Source of the DNA: an uncultured Bordetella sp.
Lineage (GTDB): Bacteria; Pseudomonadota; Gammaproteobacteria; Burkholderiales; SG8-39
Length of the DNA: 64,000 bases
Reading direction: 5' to 3'
Assembly (NCBI GenBank): GCA_964652785.1
Contig: CAZZDV010000001.1
Coordinates: 116-64,115, forward strand
A program made the position numbers and the translations under genes. Shown here one piece after another: positions 53,032-62,064 of the stretch; position 1 is the stretch's first letter, and every line of letters starts with the position of its first letter. The notes under the pieces were generated by a model. The model saw only the letters and a list, made by a program, of their open reading frames with translations. It had not been told where the DNA came from and made no database searches.

Positions 53032-54147
53032 CTACTTCCTGACATCTTCCACGACCGTTTGGAAGATGTTTTCCATGCTGTCGAGCATTTGGGCGCGGGA
53101 ATAACTCGCCAGGCAGTGAGCACGGGCCGCGGCACCCAAGCGCTCACGTAATGCGGGATCGGCCAAAAGGCGCTCAATGGATTCGCGGAGGTCGCCTGCA
53201 TCCTGGGCTCGCGCCAGCAAAGCTGTCTCCTCATGGCGAGCAAGCTCCGAAATGCTACCCGCAGTAGTGGTGACGCAAGGCAATTGGACCAGCATTGCCT
53301 GAATCAGGGCCTGGGGCACGCCTTCGTTTGCGTAGGAAGGCAGCGCAAAGACATCCAGTGCCTGCAGCCACGGCAGGACGTCAGCCTGGTTGCCGGGCAT
53401 CCAGGTCCGTTCTGTCAATCCATGCGAAGCGACGAGCGCATCCAGGGCCTCGCGCTGCGGCCCGTCGCCTACGATCACCAGGCCAATGCCGTCCGGAAGT
53501 CCGGCAAGCGCCTCGATCAGGTACCGGTGACCTTTCCAGCTGCGCAACGTGGCCACGATGCCCACCAAGGTTTTGTCGCTAGGCAATCCTAGATTCGCGC
53601 GCGTTGCTGCCCGGTCGCCGGGAACGAAGCGCGCGGTGTCGATGCCCGTCGGAACGGAATCGATGCGCCCGGACGCAATGCCCAGGTCATCGATCAGCTG
53701 GGTGCGCAATGCCTGCCCCGTCGTCACCACCCGGGAAGCGGCACTCGTGTAGAGCCAGCGTGTCAACCGGTTGCGCGCAACCCGAGCCGAGATGTGGCGT
53801 GTGCGCACAATCGGAAAGGACCTTCGCAGCGCCTGGAGTCCCAATGCCACCAGCCAGGAGTCGGTGGAACTGTGCGTGTTGAACACGCTTCGACCGGCGG
53901 CTGGGTCCTGGGAGCGGATCCAACGGATCGTGGAAGCCAGCCCCTTCAAGTTCTTTCTGCCGATCGGCAGGGCTTCGACGGGGACACCGAATCGCGAGGC
54001 CTCGTCGTGGATGCGCGCTTCCCGGGGGCAAAGGAGGCGGACGCGGTGTCCGCGGTCCTGGAGGCCTGCAGCCTCGGACAGGATACGGATCTCCTGACCT
54101 CCCCAGCCAAGCGATGACTCGGTATGGATGATGTCGAGCGGCGTCAT
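53032..54147 (-). CDS. Glycosyltransferase family 4 (GT-B)
   Basis: 371 aa. HTESSLGWGGQE N-terminus and an E-X7-E region (YANEGVPQALIQAMLVQLPCVTT). Confidence 0.8.
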   Translation of the reverse strand: MTPLDIIHTESSLGWGGQEIRILSEAAGLQDRGHRVRLLCPREARIHDEASRFGVPVEALPIGRKNLKGLASTIRWIRSQDPAAGRSVFNTHSSTDSWLVALGLQALRRSFPIVRTRHISARVARNRLTRWLYTSAASRVVTTGQALRTQLIDDLGIASGRIDSVPTGIDTARFVPGDRAATRANLGLPSDKTLVGIVATLRSWKGHRYLIEALAGLPDGIGLVIVGDGPQREALDALVASHGLTERTWMPGNQADVLPWLQALDVFALPSYANEGVPQALIQAMLVQLPCVTTTAGSISELARHEETALLARAQDAGDLRESIERLLADPALRERLGAAARAHCLASYSRAQMLDSMENIFQTVVEDVRK

Positions 54148-56000
54148 GCGCCCTGCGCGAGGTCAGGCACAACGCCCTGCGTCGCGTACTGCGTGTTGTA
54201 GAGCCGGGCGTAGGTCCCGCCTGCCGAGAGCAAGTCAGCGTGGCGACCCGCCTCGACGATCCGCCCCTGACCCATCACCAGGATGCGGTCCGCGCGCTCG
54301 ATCGTCGATAAGCGATGCGCGATGACGAGCGTAGTCCGGCCTCGCATGAGCACTTCGAGCGCCGCCTGGACCTGCCGCTCGGATTCCGAATCGAGTGCCG
54401 ACGTCGCTTCGTCCAGCACCAGCAGCGGCGCATCCTTGAGAAGCGCCCGTGCAATGGCGAGCCGTTGGCGCTGCCCCCCGGAAAGGCGCATTCCGTTCTC
54501 GCCGATCAACGTATCGAGCCCTTGGGGCGTTTCGCGGATGAAATCCATCGCATGCGCGGCTTCGGCCGCGGCAACGATGGCCTCCCGGCTGATGCTGCCC
54601 AATCGACCATAGGCAATATTGGCCGCGATCGTGTCGTTGAAGAGGACAACCTCCTGTGACACCAGCGCAATGTTCCCACGCAAGCTGTCCAGGGTCAGGA
54701 GCTGGATATCGTGCCCGTCGAGCGTAATGCGTCCGCTGGAGGGGGTGTAGAAGCGCGGCAACAAGTTGGCTAGCGTAGTTTTGCCGCCTCCCGAGCCGCC
54801 CACGAGCGCGACGGTTTCGCCCGGCGCAATCGTGAGGTTGATCTCCTTCAGTGCCGGTTCAGTTCGTGTCGCATAGGTAAAGCTGACGCGATCGAACGTC
54901 ACATGACCCTGTGCGCGCTTGAGCAGGATCGTGCCGGTGTCGGGTTCGACAGACTCGTCGATGAGCCCGAACACGCTTTCCGCCGCCGCGAGGCCGCGCT
55001 GCAGCGGAGCGGAAATCTCGGTGAGGTGCTTGAGCGGCGCCAGCATCATGAGCATGGCGGTCACGAACGAAACGAACTCCCCGATCGTCGCCCGCTGCGC
55101 AATGGACTCCTGCAGGCCGATATAGATGATGATCGCCAACGCCATCGAGGCGAGGATCTGCGTGATCGGCACCGTCAGGGCCGCAGGAACCGTCTGGCGC
55201 ATGTTGAACCCACGCAACTGCTGGTTCGCCTTCATGAAGCGCGCGGTCTCATACTCCTGTCCGCCAAACACCTTCACGACCTTGTGCGACTCGATCGTCT
55301 CCTGCAGGACATGGCTGAGGCTGCCCATCGCATCCTGGGCGCCCCGGCTCATTTCGCGCAGCCGGCGGGAAAACAGGCGCACCACGATCGAGACCATGGG
55401 GAAGACCGCAAGCGCTACGAGGGTCAGCTTCCAGTTGAGGTAGAACAGCCAGGCAAGCAGGCCGATGACTGCAATCGAGTCCCGGACCATGACCGTGAGC
55501 ACTGAGGTGGCCGCGGCTGTTACGCCGGCGACGTCATAAGCAATCTTGGACATCAGCGTGCCGGAACTGCGCTCGTCGAAAAACGAGGAAGGAAAGCGCA
55601 CGAGCCGGGCGAACATGGCCGCTCGCAAGTCCAGCACCACCCGGTTGGATACCCATGCCGAGCAATAGGAGGCGACAAAAGAGAAGATACCGCGCAGCAT
55701 GAAAATACCGACAAGCGCCAGGGCGAACTGCAACGGCGTGAAGGCAGCGCCCCCCGACTGACCGCTGAAACCGCCATCGAGCAACGGCTTCATGAATGCA
55801 GGGAACAGCGGCTCGGTTGCTGCCGTCGCGACCATCGCAAGCACGGCAATGCCGAAAATGCGCGCATGGGGCCGCACATAAGAGAGCAGCCGCAAATACA
55901 GCCTGCGGCTATCCACCCGCCGCTCAGCCACGCGTGATCCCGGGTCGTCCCGCTTTAAAGGAAAACACTCAGGCTCCTTGCGTACTTGCGGCCGCGTCAT
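54144..56000 (-). CDS. msbA: Lipid A export ABC transporter (permease/ATPase)
   Basis: 618 aa with six TM segments plus an NBD (GGSGGGKTT, LSGGQRQRLAIARA, LVLDEATSALD). An alternative GTG start at 55931 would remove the 32-nt overlap with the upstream gene. Confidence 0.85.
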   Translation of the reverse strand: MTRPQVRKEPECFPLKRDDPGSRVAERRVDSRRLYLRLLSYVRPHARIFGIAVLAMVATAATEPLFPAFMKPLLDGGFSGQSGGAAFTPLQFALALVGIFMLRGIFSFVASYCSAWVSNRVVLDLRAAMFARLVRFPSSFFDERSSGTLMSKIAYDVAGVTAAATSVLTVMVRDSIAVIGLLAWLFYLNWKLTLVALAVFPMVSIVVRLFSRRLREMSRGAQDAMGSLSHVLQETIESHKVVKVFGGQEYETARFMKANQQLRGFNMRQTVPAALTVPITQILASMALAIIIYIGLQESIAQRATIGEFVSFVTAMLMMLAPLKHLTEISAPLQRGLAAAESVFGLIDESVEPDTGTILLKRAQGHVTFDRVSFTYATRTEPALKEINLTIAPGETVALVGGSGGGKTTLANLLPRFYTPSSGRITLDGHDIQLLTLDSLRGNIALVSQEVVLFNDTIAANIAYGRLGSISREAIVAAAEAAHAMDFIRETPQGLDTLIGENGMRLSGGQRQRLAIARALLKDAPLLVLDEATSALDSESERQVQAALEVLMRGRTTLVIAHRLSTIERADRILVMGQGRIVEAGRHADLLSAGGTYARLYNTQYATQGVVPDLAQGA

Positions 56001-57120
56001 GTCCTAGCAGCCGCGCATACAGGTTGATCATCAAGTCCGCCATCTTGTCGATGCCTAAGGATTCGGCGGTCTCCCTTGCGGCCGCCCCCATCCGTTCCCG
56101 GGGAGCACCCTCGACCTCGACCATTAACCTTGCCAGCGAGTCGGTGGCATCGGGATCGCAGACCCAGCCATTGGTGCCGCCCTCGATCACCTCTGCCGCG
56201 CCGCATTGGGTGCTGACGATCGCCGGGATGCCCATCGCGAGCGCTTCCAGCGCGGCATTCGGGAACGGATCGTATCGCGTCGGCAGGATAAAGCAATCGG
56301 AGGCCGCATACACGAATCGGACGTCGTCCTGCGCGCCAACAAACCTCACCCGGTCCCCGATTCCTGCGCGCGCGGCCTGCGCAACGAACTTGCTCGCCGC
56401 GCGGTCCTGGCCCGCAACCAGCAAACGGAAATCGCTTCGCCCGCAAGCTGCAAGAGCGGCGATCGCGGTTCTGAGTCCCTTTCGGGCGTACCCCGAGCCG
56501 ACAAAACAGAATACGAGGTCGCTCGCGGCCAGGCCCAACCCGACCCTGGCTTCCGCTCGCAACTCATTTCGCCGTCTTGGATGGAAATGCGCCAGATCGA
56601 CGCCGTTATAGATCACATGAAGCTTGCCCGACGCTATCGGGAAGTGCGAGCTGATCTCCGCGGCGACCATTTTCGAATTGCAGATGATCGCGCGCAGCGA
56701 CGGATGCTCGAACATCGAGCGCTCGGCGGCACAGACATACCAATGGTAAGGATTCAGGCGGATCCCGACCCTCTCGAGCAGTGGCGCAACTTTCAGGCGA
56801 TGGTCGAGCCACTGGCGATGAACTCCGTCGCCCGCGCGGTACACGTCGCAGCCGGGGATGCGTTCGTGCGACTGCACCAGGTCGAAGTGTTCGTCCTGGA
56901 GCAGTGCCTGCACCCCGCGCGAGAAGGAGGCATCCCGCCAGACCCGGCCGGCGTAGGGCGGGTTGACGATCAATGCGTTGCGCCCGCTCTCATCTCGCCA
57001 TGCGCGCGTGATCAGGGTCACCGTTGCGCCGTTCCTTTCGAGCGCGGCAATCGCGCGCTCGACGAATCGTTCGGCGCCACCGAAAGGCGTGTACCGCTGG
57101 CGCACCAATGCAAGGCGCAT
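55969..57120 (-). CDS. LPS core glycosyltransferase family 4 (WaaG-like)
   Basis: 383 aa. MRLALVRQRYTPFGGAERFVERA is a WaaG-type N-terminus. E-X7-E region present. Confidence 0.75.
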   Translation of the reverse strand: MRLALVRQRYTPFGGAERFVERAIAALERNGATVTLITRAWRDESGRNALIVNPPYAGRVWRDASFSRGVQALLQDEHFDLVQSHERIPGCDVYRAGDGVHRQWLDHRLKVAPLLERVGIRLNPYHWYVCAAERSMFEHPSLRAIICNSKMVAAEISSHFPIASGKLHVIYNGVDLAHFHPRRRNELRAEARVGLGLAASDLVFCFVGSGYARKGLRTAIAALAACGRSDFRLLVAGQDRAASKFVAQAARAGIGDRVRFVGAQDDVRFVYAASDCFILPTRYDPFPNAALEALAMGIPAIVSTQCGAAEVIEGGTNGWVCDPDATDSLARLMVEVEGAPRERMGAAARETAESLGIDKMADLMINLYARLLGHDAAASTQGA

Positions 57121-57132
57121 GGCCGCGAATCC

Positions 57133-58215
57133 CTACGACGCGGCCAGCAAACGCCCCGCTGCCGCAAAAACTCTCGATACATCGAGGAAAGTCAGGCACT
57201 CACTCACCTTGCCGCCGCCGCATCCATCGTTGCCGCAAGGACGGCAAGGGTGATCGCTGGACACGATCTCGCTTGCCACCCTCCACGGACCCCATTCGAC
57301 CTCGCCGCTGGGCCCGAACAGGGCCACGACCGGCGTGCCCGTGGCACTGGCGACATGCATCGGCATGGAGTCCACGCAGATGGATAGTTTCGCCTTCCCG
57401 ATCAGGGCTACGAGTTCCTTGATGGACAGCTTCCCGCCAAGGTCGAGCACCTTTGCGCTCGTTTGCCGGACGATGTCCTCGACGAGTGCCAGCTCTTCGG
57501 CGTCAGGAGATGAAGTGATGACAATGCGCTCGCCTCGCGCTGCCAGTTGGTCGATCAGCGCGGCGTTCTTCTGCGCGGGCCAGCACTTGAACTTCCATCG
57601 CGATGCTGGATGAAGATGCACGAATGCGCGCTCCTGCAGACCCTCCGTTGACAACAGGTCCGCAATCCTCCGTTCCGCTTCCACCCCGGCGACGATGGTC
57701 GCGCGACGCTCCTCTAGAGGTGGCTGCAGCCCGATGCGCCGTAGCGCATCGAGGTTCAGTTCGACCTGGTGACGCCTGCCGTTCTTCGGGAGAGGGTACA
57801 GGTGGGTAAAGCTTCGCTTCCAGAATATGCTTCGTTCCGGCATGGCCGGCGCAACCGCCCAACGGGCACCGAGCGATCTGGACAGCCACGCTCCGCGTGG
57901 GTGCTCCGACAGGTGAACGACCAAATCATAGTTGCGAGCGCGCAAGCTCGTGTAGAGCTTCCACTCGTCGCGCAGCCTCTGCCCGGCGCTCGAGCGCCTC
58001 CACGCGCGGCCCACGGAATGCAGCTGCGACAACGCCGGATGTCCGGCCAGCATTGGCGCGGTGTCGCCGTAGACGAGTGCGTCGACCTCGATGTGCGAAG
58101 CGGCGCCTTTCAAGGCCGACAGCACCGGCGACGCAAGCAGGACGTCGCCGTGGTGGCGCAGCTTGATGACCAGCGCGCGGCGAACGTCCTTGAGGGGAAC
58201 AGCATCCTTCAGCAT
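57133..58215 (-). CDS. Glycosyltransferase family 9 (heptosyltransferase III/WaaQ-like)
   Basis: 360 aa. ALVIKLRHHGDVLLASPVLSALK, plus the C-terminal CRPCGNDGCGGGKVSECL cluster seen in heptosyltransferase III-type proteins. Confidence 0.75.
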   Translation of the reverse strand: MLKDAVPLKDVRRALVIKLRHHGDVLLASPVLSALKGAASHIEVDALVYGDTAPMLAGHPALSQLHSVGRAWRRSSAGQRLRDEWKLYTSLRARNYDLVVHLSEHPRGAWLSRSLGARWAVAPAMPERSIFWKRSFTHLYPLPKNGRRHQVELNLDALRRIGLQPPLEERRATIVAGVEAERRIADLLSTEGLQERAFVHLHPASRWKFKCWPAQKNAALIDQLAARGERIVITSSPDAEELALVEDIVRQTSAKVLDLGGKLSIKELVALIGKAKLSICVDSMPMHVASATGTPVVALFGPSGEVEWGPWRVASEIVSSDHPCRPCGNDGCGGGKVSECLTFLDVSRVFAAAGRLLAAS

Positions 58216-58269
58216 GCGGTGAAGATAGCAGAAATGCCTCTCCCGTCGCTCTTGAGGGAAATCCTTTGC

Positions 58270-60342
58270 TTAGAGCTTGATCTCCGCAGACAAGGCAACC
58301 GTCCGGCCCGGCAACGGATACACCGCATAACGGTCTGCGATGAAGGCGCTGCGAACCGCGTAGTTGAAGTACTTCTCGTCGAACAGGTTGTTGATCGTGA
58401 GCCCGACGCGCACCCGTCCTAGGTCATGGGTTGCCTTGAGGTCGACGACCGAATAGGACGGAACCTTGGTGCCGAGCGTGTTCGGCTCGTCGTTGTCCAT
58501 GAACTGGCTGGACACATAGACCAGCGCGCCGGACACGCGGGTCTTCGCCGCGACCTCCCACGCGAATCCCGCGTTGAGCTTGTGCTCCGGAACGAGCGGG
58601 ACTTTCTCGCCGCCGATATTCATGTTCGTGCCGATCGCAAACAGGTTGCCCGCAAGCACGCCTTCGCGGAAACGCGCATCGGTATACGCGTACCCGGCGT
58701 TCAGCCGCAGGGCGGTGGCTGCCTGCCATGAGCCGCTGAGTTCGACGCCCTGGCGCCTGGAAGGCGGAAGGTTGGTGTTGCCTACGCCGGTCGTAAAGGG
58801 ATCGAGGTGAATCTCGTCGGTCACGTTGCTGCGAAACAACACTGCGCGCGCCTGGAACGGGCCGCGACGCCAGTCCCCGCCGATCTCCTGCGTGCGCGCA
58901 TGCTGCGGACGCAGGATCTGGAACTGCGCACTGAAGAAGAGGTCGTTCTCGTAGATCTCGTCGACATTCACGAAGCGGTAGCTGCGCGAGGCACGCGCGA
59001 ATCCCGACCAGTTCGGGTTGATCGCGTGCCTAAGGCCGACCTCCCATGCGTTCTGGCGTTGCGAAGCTGCGGCCTGGGGCGCTGCAGTGTTGAAAAAGAA
59101 GCCCGGCGCAGCAGGGTTTACTGCATCGCTGGCTGCGACCTTCATGCGCTCGCCGCGCCATCCGAGCGTCAGTCCGGTGGCCTTGGTCAACTGGATCGAG
59201 TCCTGCAGGTAAAGCGCCGAGTTGTTCTGGTCGACGTGCACGCGGTTGATGGGCTGGCCCACATTCCCAGGCGAGTTCGTGCTTCGCCGGTCATACCGCC
59301 AGCTGTGCAGGTCCATCCCGATCGTCAGGCGATGGTCCATCGACCAGAGACGGAACGGGATGCGCGCGCGAGGCGTGATCGATGTGACCTTCAACTCGTC
59401 GGCGCGATAGACCGGGAATCCGCCTTGGTCGAAAAAAGAGCGCTGGTCCTTGTCGCGGTAGTCCAGCCCGAGCGAAAACTCGTTTTCGCCGATTCGGTGC
59501 CCCAGGGTGAGGCCGGCTCGCGCACCGTCGCGGCTAGCGTAGTCCAGCGGCGTCTGCGCGCCCCGCCGGTCGGCCGAAAGTTCATCCAGGCGAATCGACG
59601 GCTGGATGCGGCGTGCTCCGGGCAGCCGCAAGTCTTGCCTATCCGTGCCCAGGCGCAGGTCGATGGTGCTGTTCGCGCCCGCCCAGCGCATGTTGCTCGA
59701 GTAATTGGTTTGCTCGTTTCGGTTGTTGGCGCGGTAGCCGTCCGAGAAAAAATTGTAGACCGTCGCATTCAACCCGAACCGCTCGCTGGCCACGCTGCCT
59801 GTGAACTGGCTTTCCACCGTGTTGAAGGTGCCGACGCGGCCATATAGTTCGGCGTGGACCCCGGGCCGCAGCGCCGAACGGGTAACGATATTGATGACGC
59901 CTGCCGACGCGCCGTCGCCATAGAGAACCGATCCCGTCCCGCGCAGGATCTCGATCCTGTCGATCGACGACAGAGGCACGGACGACCACTGCACCGACGA
60001 GAGATCGATATCGGTAAGCCTGCGGCCGTCGAGCAGGATGAGTGTGTTCTGCCCACCGGTAACGCCGTAGCCGCGCAGGTCGATCGAGGTCAGCGATGCG
60101 TTGTTTCCGTAAAAATCCTTGAGCGTGATCCCGACCTGCTCTGCGAGCAGTTCCGGCACCGTGCGCGCCGCGCTGCGAGCGATGTCCTCCGGAGTGAGCA
60201 CTGTGACGTTCGCGGGCAGATTGCGAGCATCGTCCGGAAAACGGGTCGCGGTGACCGTGAGCACGTCTTGCTGCGAGTGAAGCGGGGCCGAGAAAAGAAT
60301 GGCCGCGGCACATCCGACTCGTGCGAGGTGATTTCGAAACAT
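58270..60342 (-). CDS. btuB: TonB-dependent outer-membrane receptor, probable cobalamin/corrinoid transporter
   Basis: ORF 58270..60480. Start MFRNHLARVGCAAAILF (signal peptide) at ATG 60342. TonB box DVLTVTATR, plug and beta-barrel, terminal aromatic-rich strand. A B12 riboswitch lies in the leader. Confidence 0.85.
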   Translation of the reverse strand: MFRNHLARVGCAAAILFSAPLHSQQDVLTVTATRFPDDARNLPANVTVLTPEDIARSAARTVPELLAEQVGITLKDFYGNNASLTSIDLRGYGVTGGQNTLILLDGRRLTDIDLSSVQWSSVPLSSIDRIEILRGTGSVLYGDGASAGVINIVTRSALRPGVHAELYGRVGTFNTVESQFTGSVASERFGLNATVYNFFSDGYRANNRNEQTNYSSNMRWAGANSTIDLRLGTDRQDLRLPGARRIQPSIRLDELSADRRGAQTPLDYASRDGARAGLTLGHRIGENEFSLGLDYRDKDQRSFFDQGGFPVYRADELKVTSITPRARIPFRLWSMDHRLTIGMDLHSWRYDRRSTNSPGNVGQPINRVHVDQNNSALYLQDSIQLTKATGLTLGWRGERMKVAASDAVNPAAPGFFFNTAAPQAAASQRQNAWEVGLRHAINPNWSGFARASRSYRFVNVDEIYENDLFFSAQFQILRPQHARTQEIGGDWRRGPFQARAVLFRSNVTDEIHLDPFTTGVGNTNLPPSRRQGVELSGSWQAATALRLNAGYAYTDARFREGVLAGNLFAIGTNMNIGGEKVPLVPEHKLNAGFAWEVAAKTRVSGALVYVSSQFMDNDEPNTLGTKVPSYSVVDLKATHDLGRVRVGLTINNLFDEKYFNYAVRSAFIADRYAVYPLPGRTVALSAEIKL

Positions 60343-60399
60343 GTCGTTCCTCCCTGTACCGCCACGAACCCCGGTGGCGGGAAACCAGAGCATCGGGAC

Positions 60400-60640
60400 A
60401 ACTGGCCCGAGTTCTGTGCGGCAAGGCCGGTCTCCGGACTCGCGAGCGGCAGGCGGCCTTCGCCTTCCTGTCCAGTGCACGGCCTTCCCATGGGCGAACC
60501 CACAGTGGCTTGGTTGTGCGCACTTCCTCGCTTACCGTTGCGGGGGCAGCACAGGGATCGCAGAACTCAATTCTTCCGCACACCTGTTTCCCGTTTCATC
60601 CGCCGGGCGGGAATCGACCGGCGGACACCTTGCCGCAGCA
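60400..60640 (-). promoter_or_regulatory. Cobalamin (B12) riboswitch in the leader of the TonB-dependent receptor
   Basis: The minus strand reads GGTGTCC...AAACGGGAAACAGGTG...GCTGCCCCCGCAACGGTAAGC...GCCACTGTGGG...GGGAAGGC...AGTCCGGAGACCGGCC (B12 box at 60425-60440). This is followed by the hairpin CGCCAC-N8-GTGGCG and GGGAGG before the ATG. Boundaries are approximate. Confidence 0.85.
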
Positions 60641-60730
60641 GCCGGACTGGGTCCGGCGTCCCGCATTATATCCAGCGGGTTAGTGTAAGTTGCAAGGTCA
60701 TGAAAGACTTGCACAACCGCCCGTTATTGC

Positions 60731-60760
60731 TTGACGCAGTGGAAAAACTGCAACTATAGT
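60731..60760 (+). promoter_or_regulatory. Sigma70-like promoter placed for a leaderless transcript of the ZapB-like gene
   Basis: TTGACG (60731-36), an 18-nt spacer, then TATAGT (60755-60). The ATG at 60767 is 7 nt after the -10 element, so the predicted +1 falls on or next to the start codon. Confidence 0.4.
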
Positions 60761-60766
60761 GCGCGC

Positions 60767-60958
60767 ATGGAAGCGGAGTTCAACTCGCTCGAAGGCAAAG
60801 TCTCCCAGTTCGCTCAAGTGTGCGAACGCCTGCGTGCGGAAAACGCAGAATTGCGCGAACAGCTTTCGCTGGCGCAGAACGACGCAAAGCGCCTCGCCGA
60901 AAAAATCGACGGCGCCAAGGCGCGGCTCGAAAGCCTTCTGGTGCGCCTGCCGGAGTAG
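60767..60958 (+). CDS. Small coiled-coil protein (TIGR02449/ZapB-like)
   Basis: 63 aa from MEAEFNSLEGKVSQF. All-helical heptad sequence, in the conserved position upstream of zapA and 6S RNA. Confidence 0.7.
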   Translation: MEAEFNSLEGKVSQFAQVCERLRAENAELREQLSLAQNDAKRLAEKIDGAKARLESLLVRLPE

Positions 60959-60977
60959 GGCTGCCCGGCACCCCGGC

Positions 60978-61289
60978 ATGGCAGAGACTCCCAAAACCCT
61001 CGAGGTCAGCATCCTCGGCCGAAGCTACAAGGTCGCGTGCGAGGACGGCGAACGCGAAGCCCTCCTCCAGGCCGTGGCTTATGTCGACGGCAAGATGGGC
61101 GAGATCAAGACTTCCGGCAAGATCGCAGGCACCGAAAGGATCGCCGTGATGGTCGCGCTCAACATCGCGCACGAACTTCTTTCGACCAAGATCGGCGGCG
61201 GTTTTGATTTGGGTCAGGCCAAGCGTAGAATCGCTTCGATCGAGGCGAAGCTGGACGAGGCGCTCGCCCGGCAGGACAAGTTGTTCTAG
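60978..61289 (+). CDS. zapA: Cell division protein ZapA
   Basis: 103 aa from ATG 60978 inside ORF 60759..61289. LEVSILGRSYKVACEDGEREALLQAVAYVDGKM resembles ZapA. Confidence 0.85.
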   Translation: MAETPKTLEVSILGRSYKVACEDGEREALLQAVAYVDGKMGEIKTSGKIAGTERIAVMVALNIAHELLSTKIGGGFDLGQAKRRIASIEAKLDEALARQDKLF

Positions 61290-61314
61290 CACGTACCTTG
61301 TGTGCTGGATGCAA

Positions 61315-61512
61315 GCTATGTCCCCTGCTGTGTTCGACCGGGCTCTAGTTTCCGAACCGATAGCAGTCCTTGGTTGCCGCCTAGATGTCACTGTTGCGAC
61401 TGTCCCGCGCTCGATGAGCGTGCCGATGGACCTGATGTGACCGGTACGCAACCACCCTGAACCTGTGCTGGGTTCGGGAGACACGAGCCCACCGGCATGG
61501 CGGGGGACGCCA
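61315..61512 (+). ncRNA. ssrS: 6S RNA
   Basis: In the conserved position 3' of zapA. The 5' GTCCCCTGC pairs with the 3' GCGGGGGAC (closing stem). An internal CCTGAACC...GGGTTCGGG hairpin and GGCATGGCGGGG resemble the E. coli 6S 3' half. Ends are approximate. Confidence 0.75.
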
Positions 61513-61513
61513 C

Positions 61514-61544
61514 ATTCGAAAGGGGGAAATTCCCCCTTTCGAAT
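61514..61544. terminator. Perfect 31-nt palindrome (15-bp arms) immediately 3' of 6S RNA
   Basis: ATTCGAAAGGGGGAA-A-TTCCCCCTTTCGAAT. There is no U-tract afterwards (TCCCC follows), so it is not a canonical intrinsic terminator. It may be a processing, stability or protein-binding element. Confidence 0.45.
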
Positions 61545-61591
61545 CCCCAAGGCTCTCCTACAATTACGCACCTTCCTTTTCCAACTGCGCC

Positions 61592-62056
<465 letters not shown>

Positions 62057-62064
62057 GGCTGACT

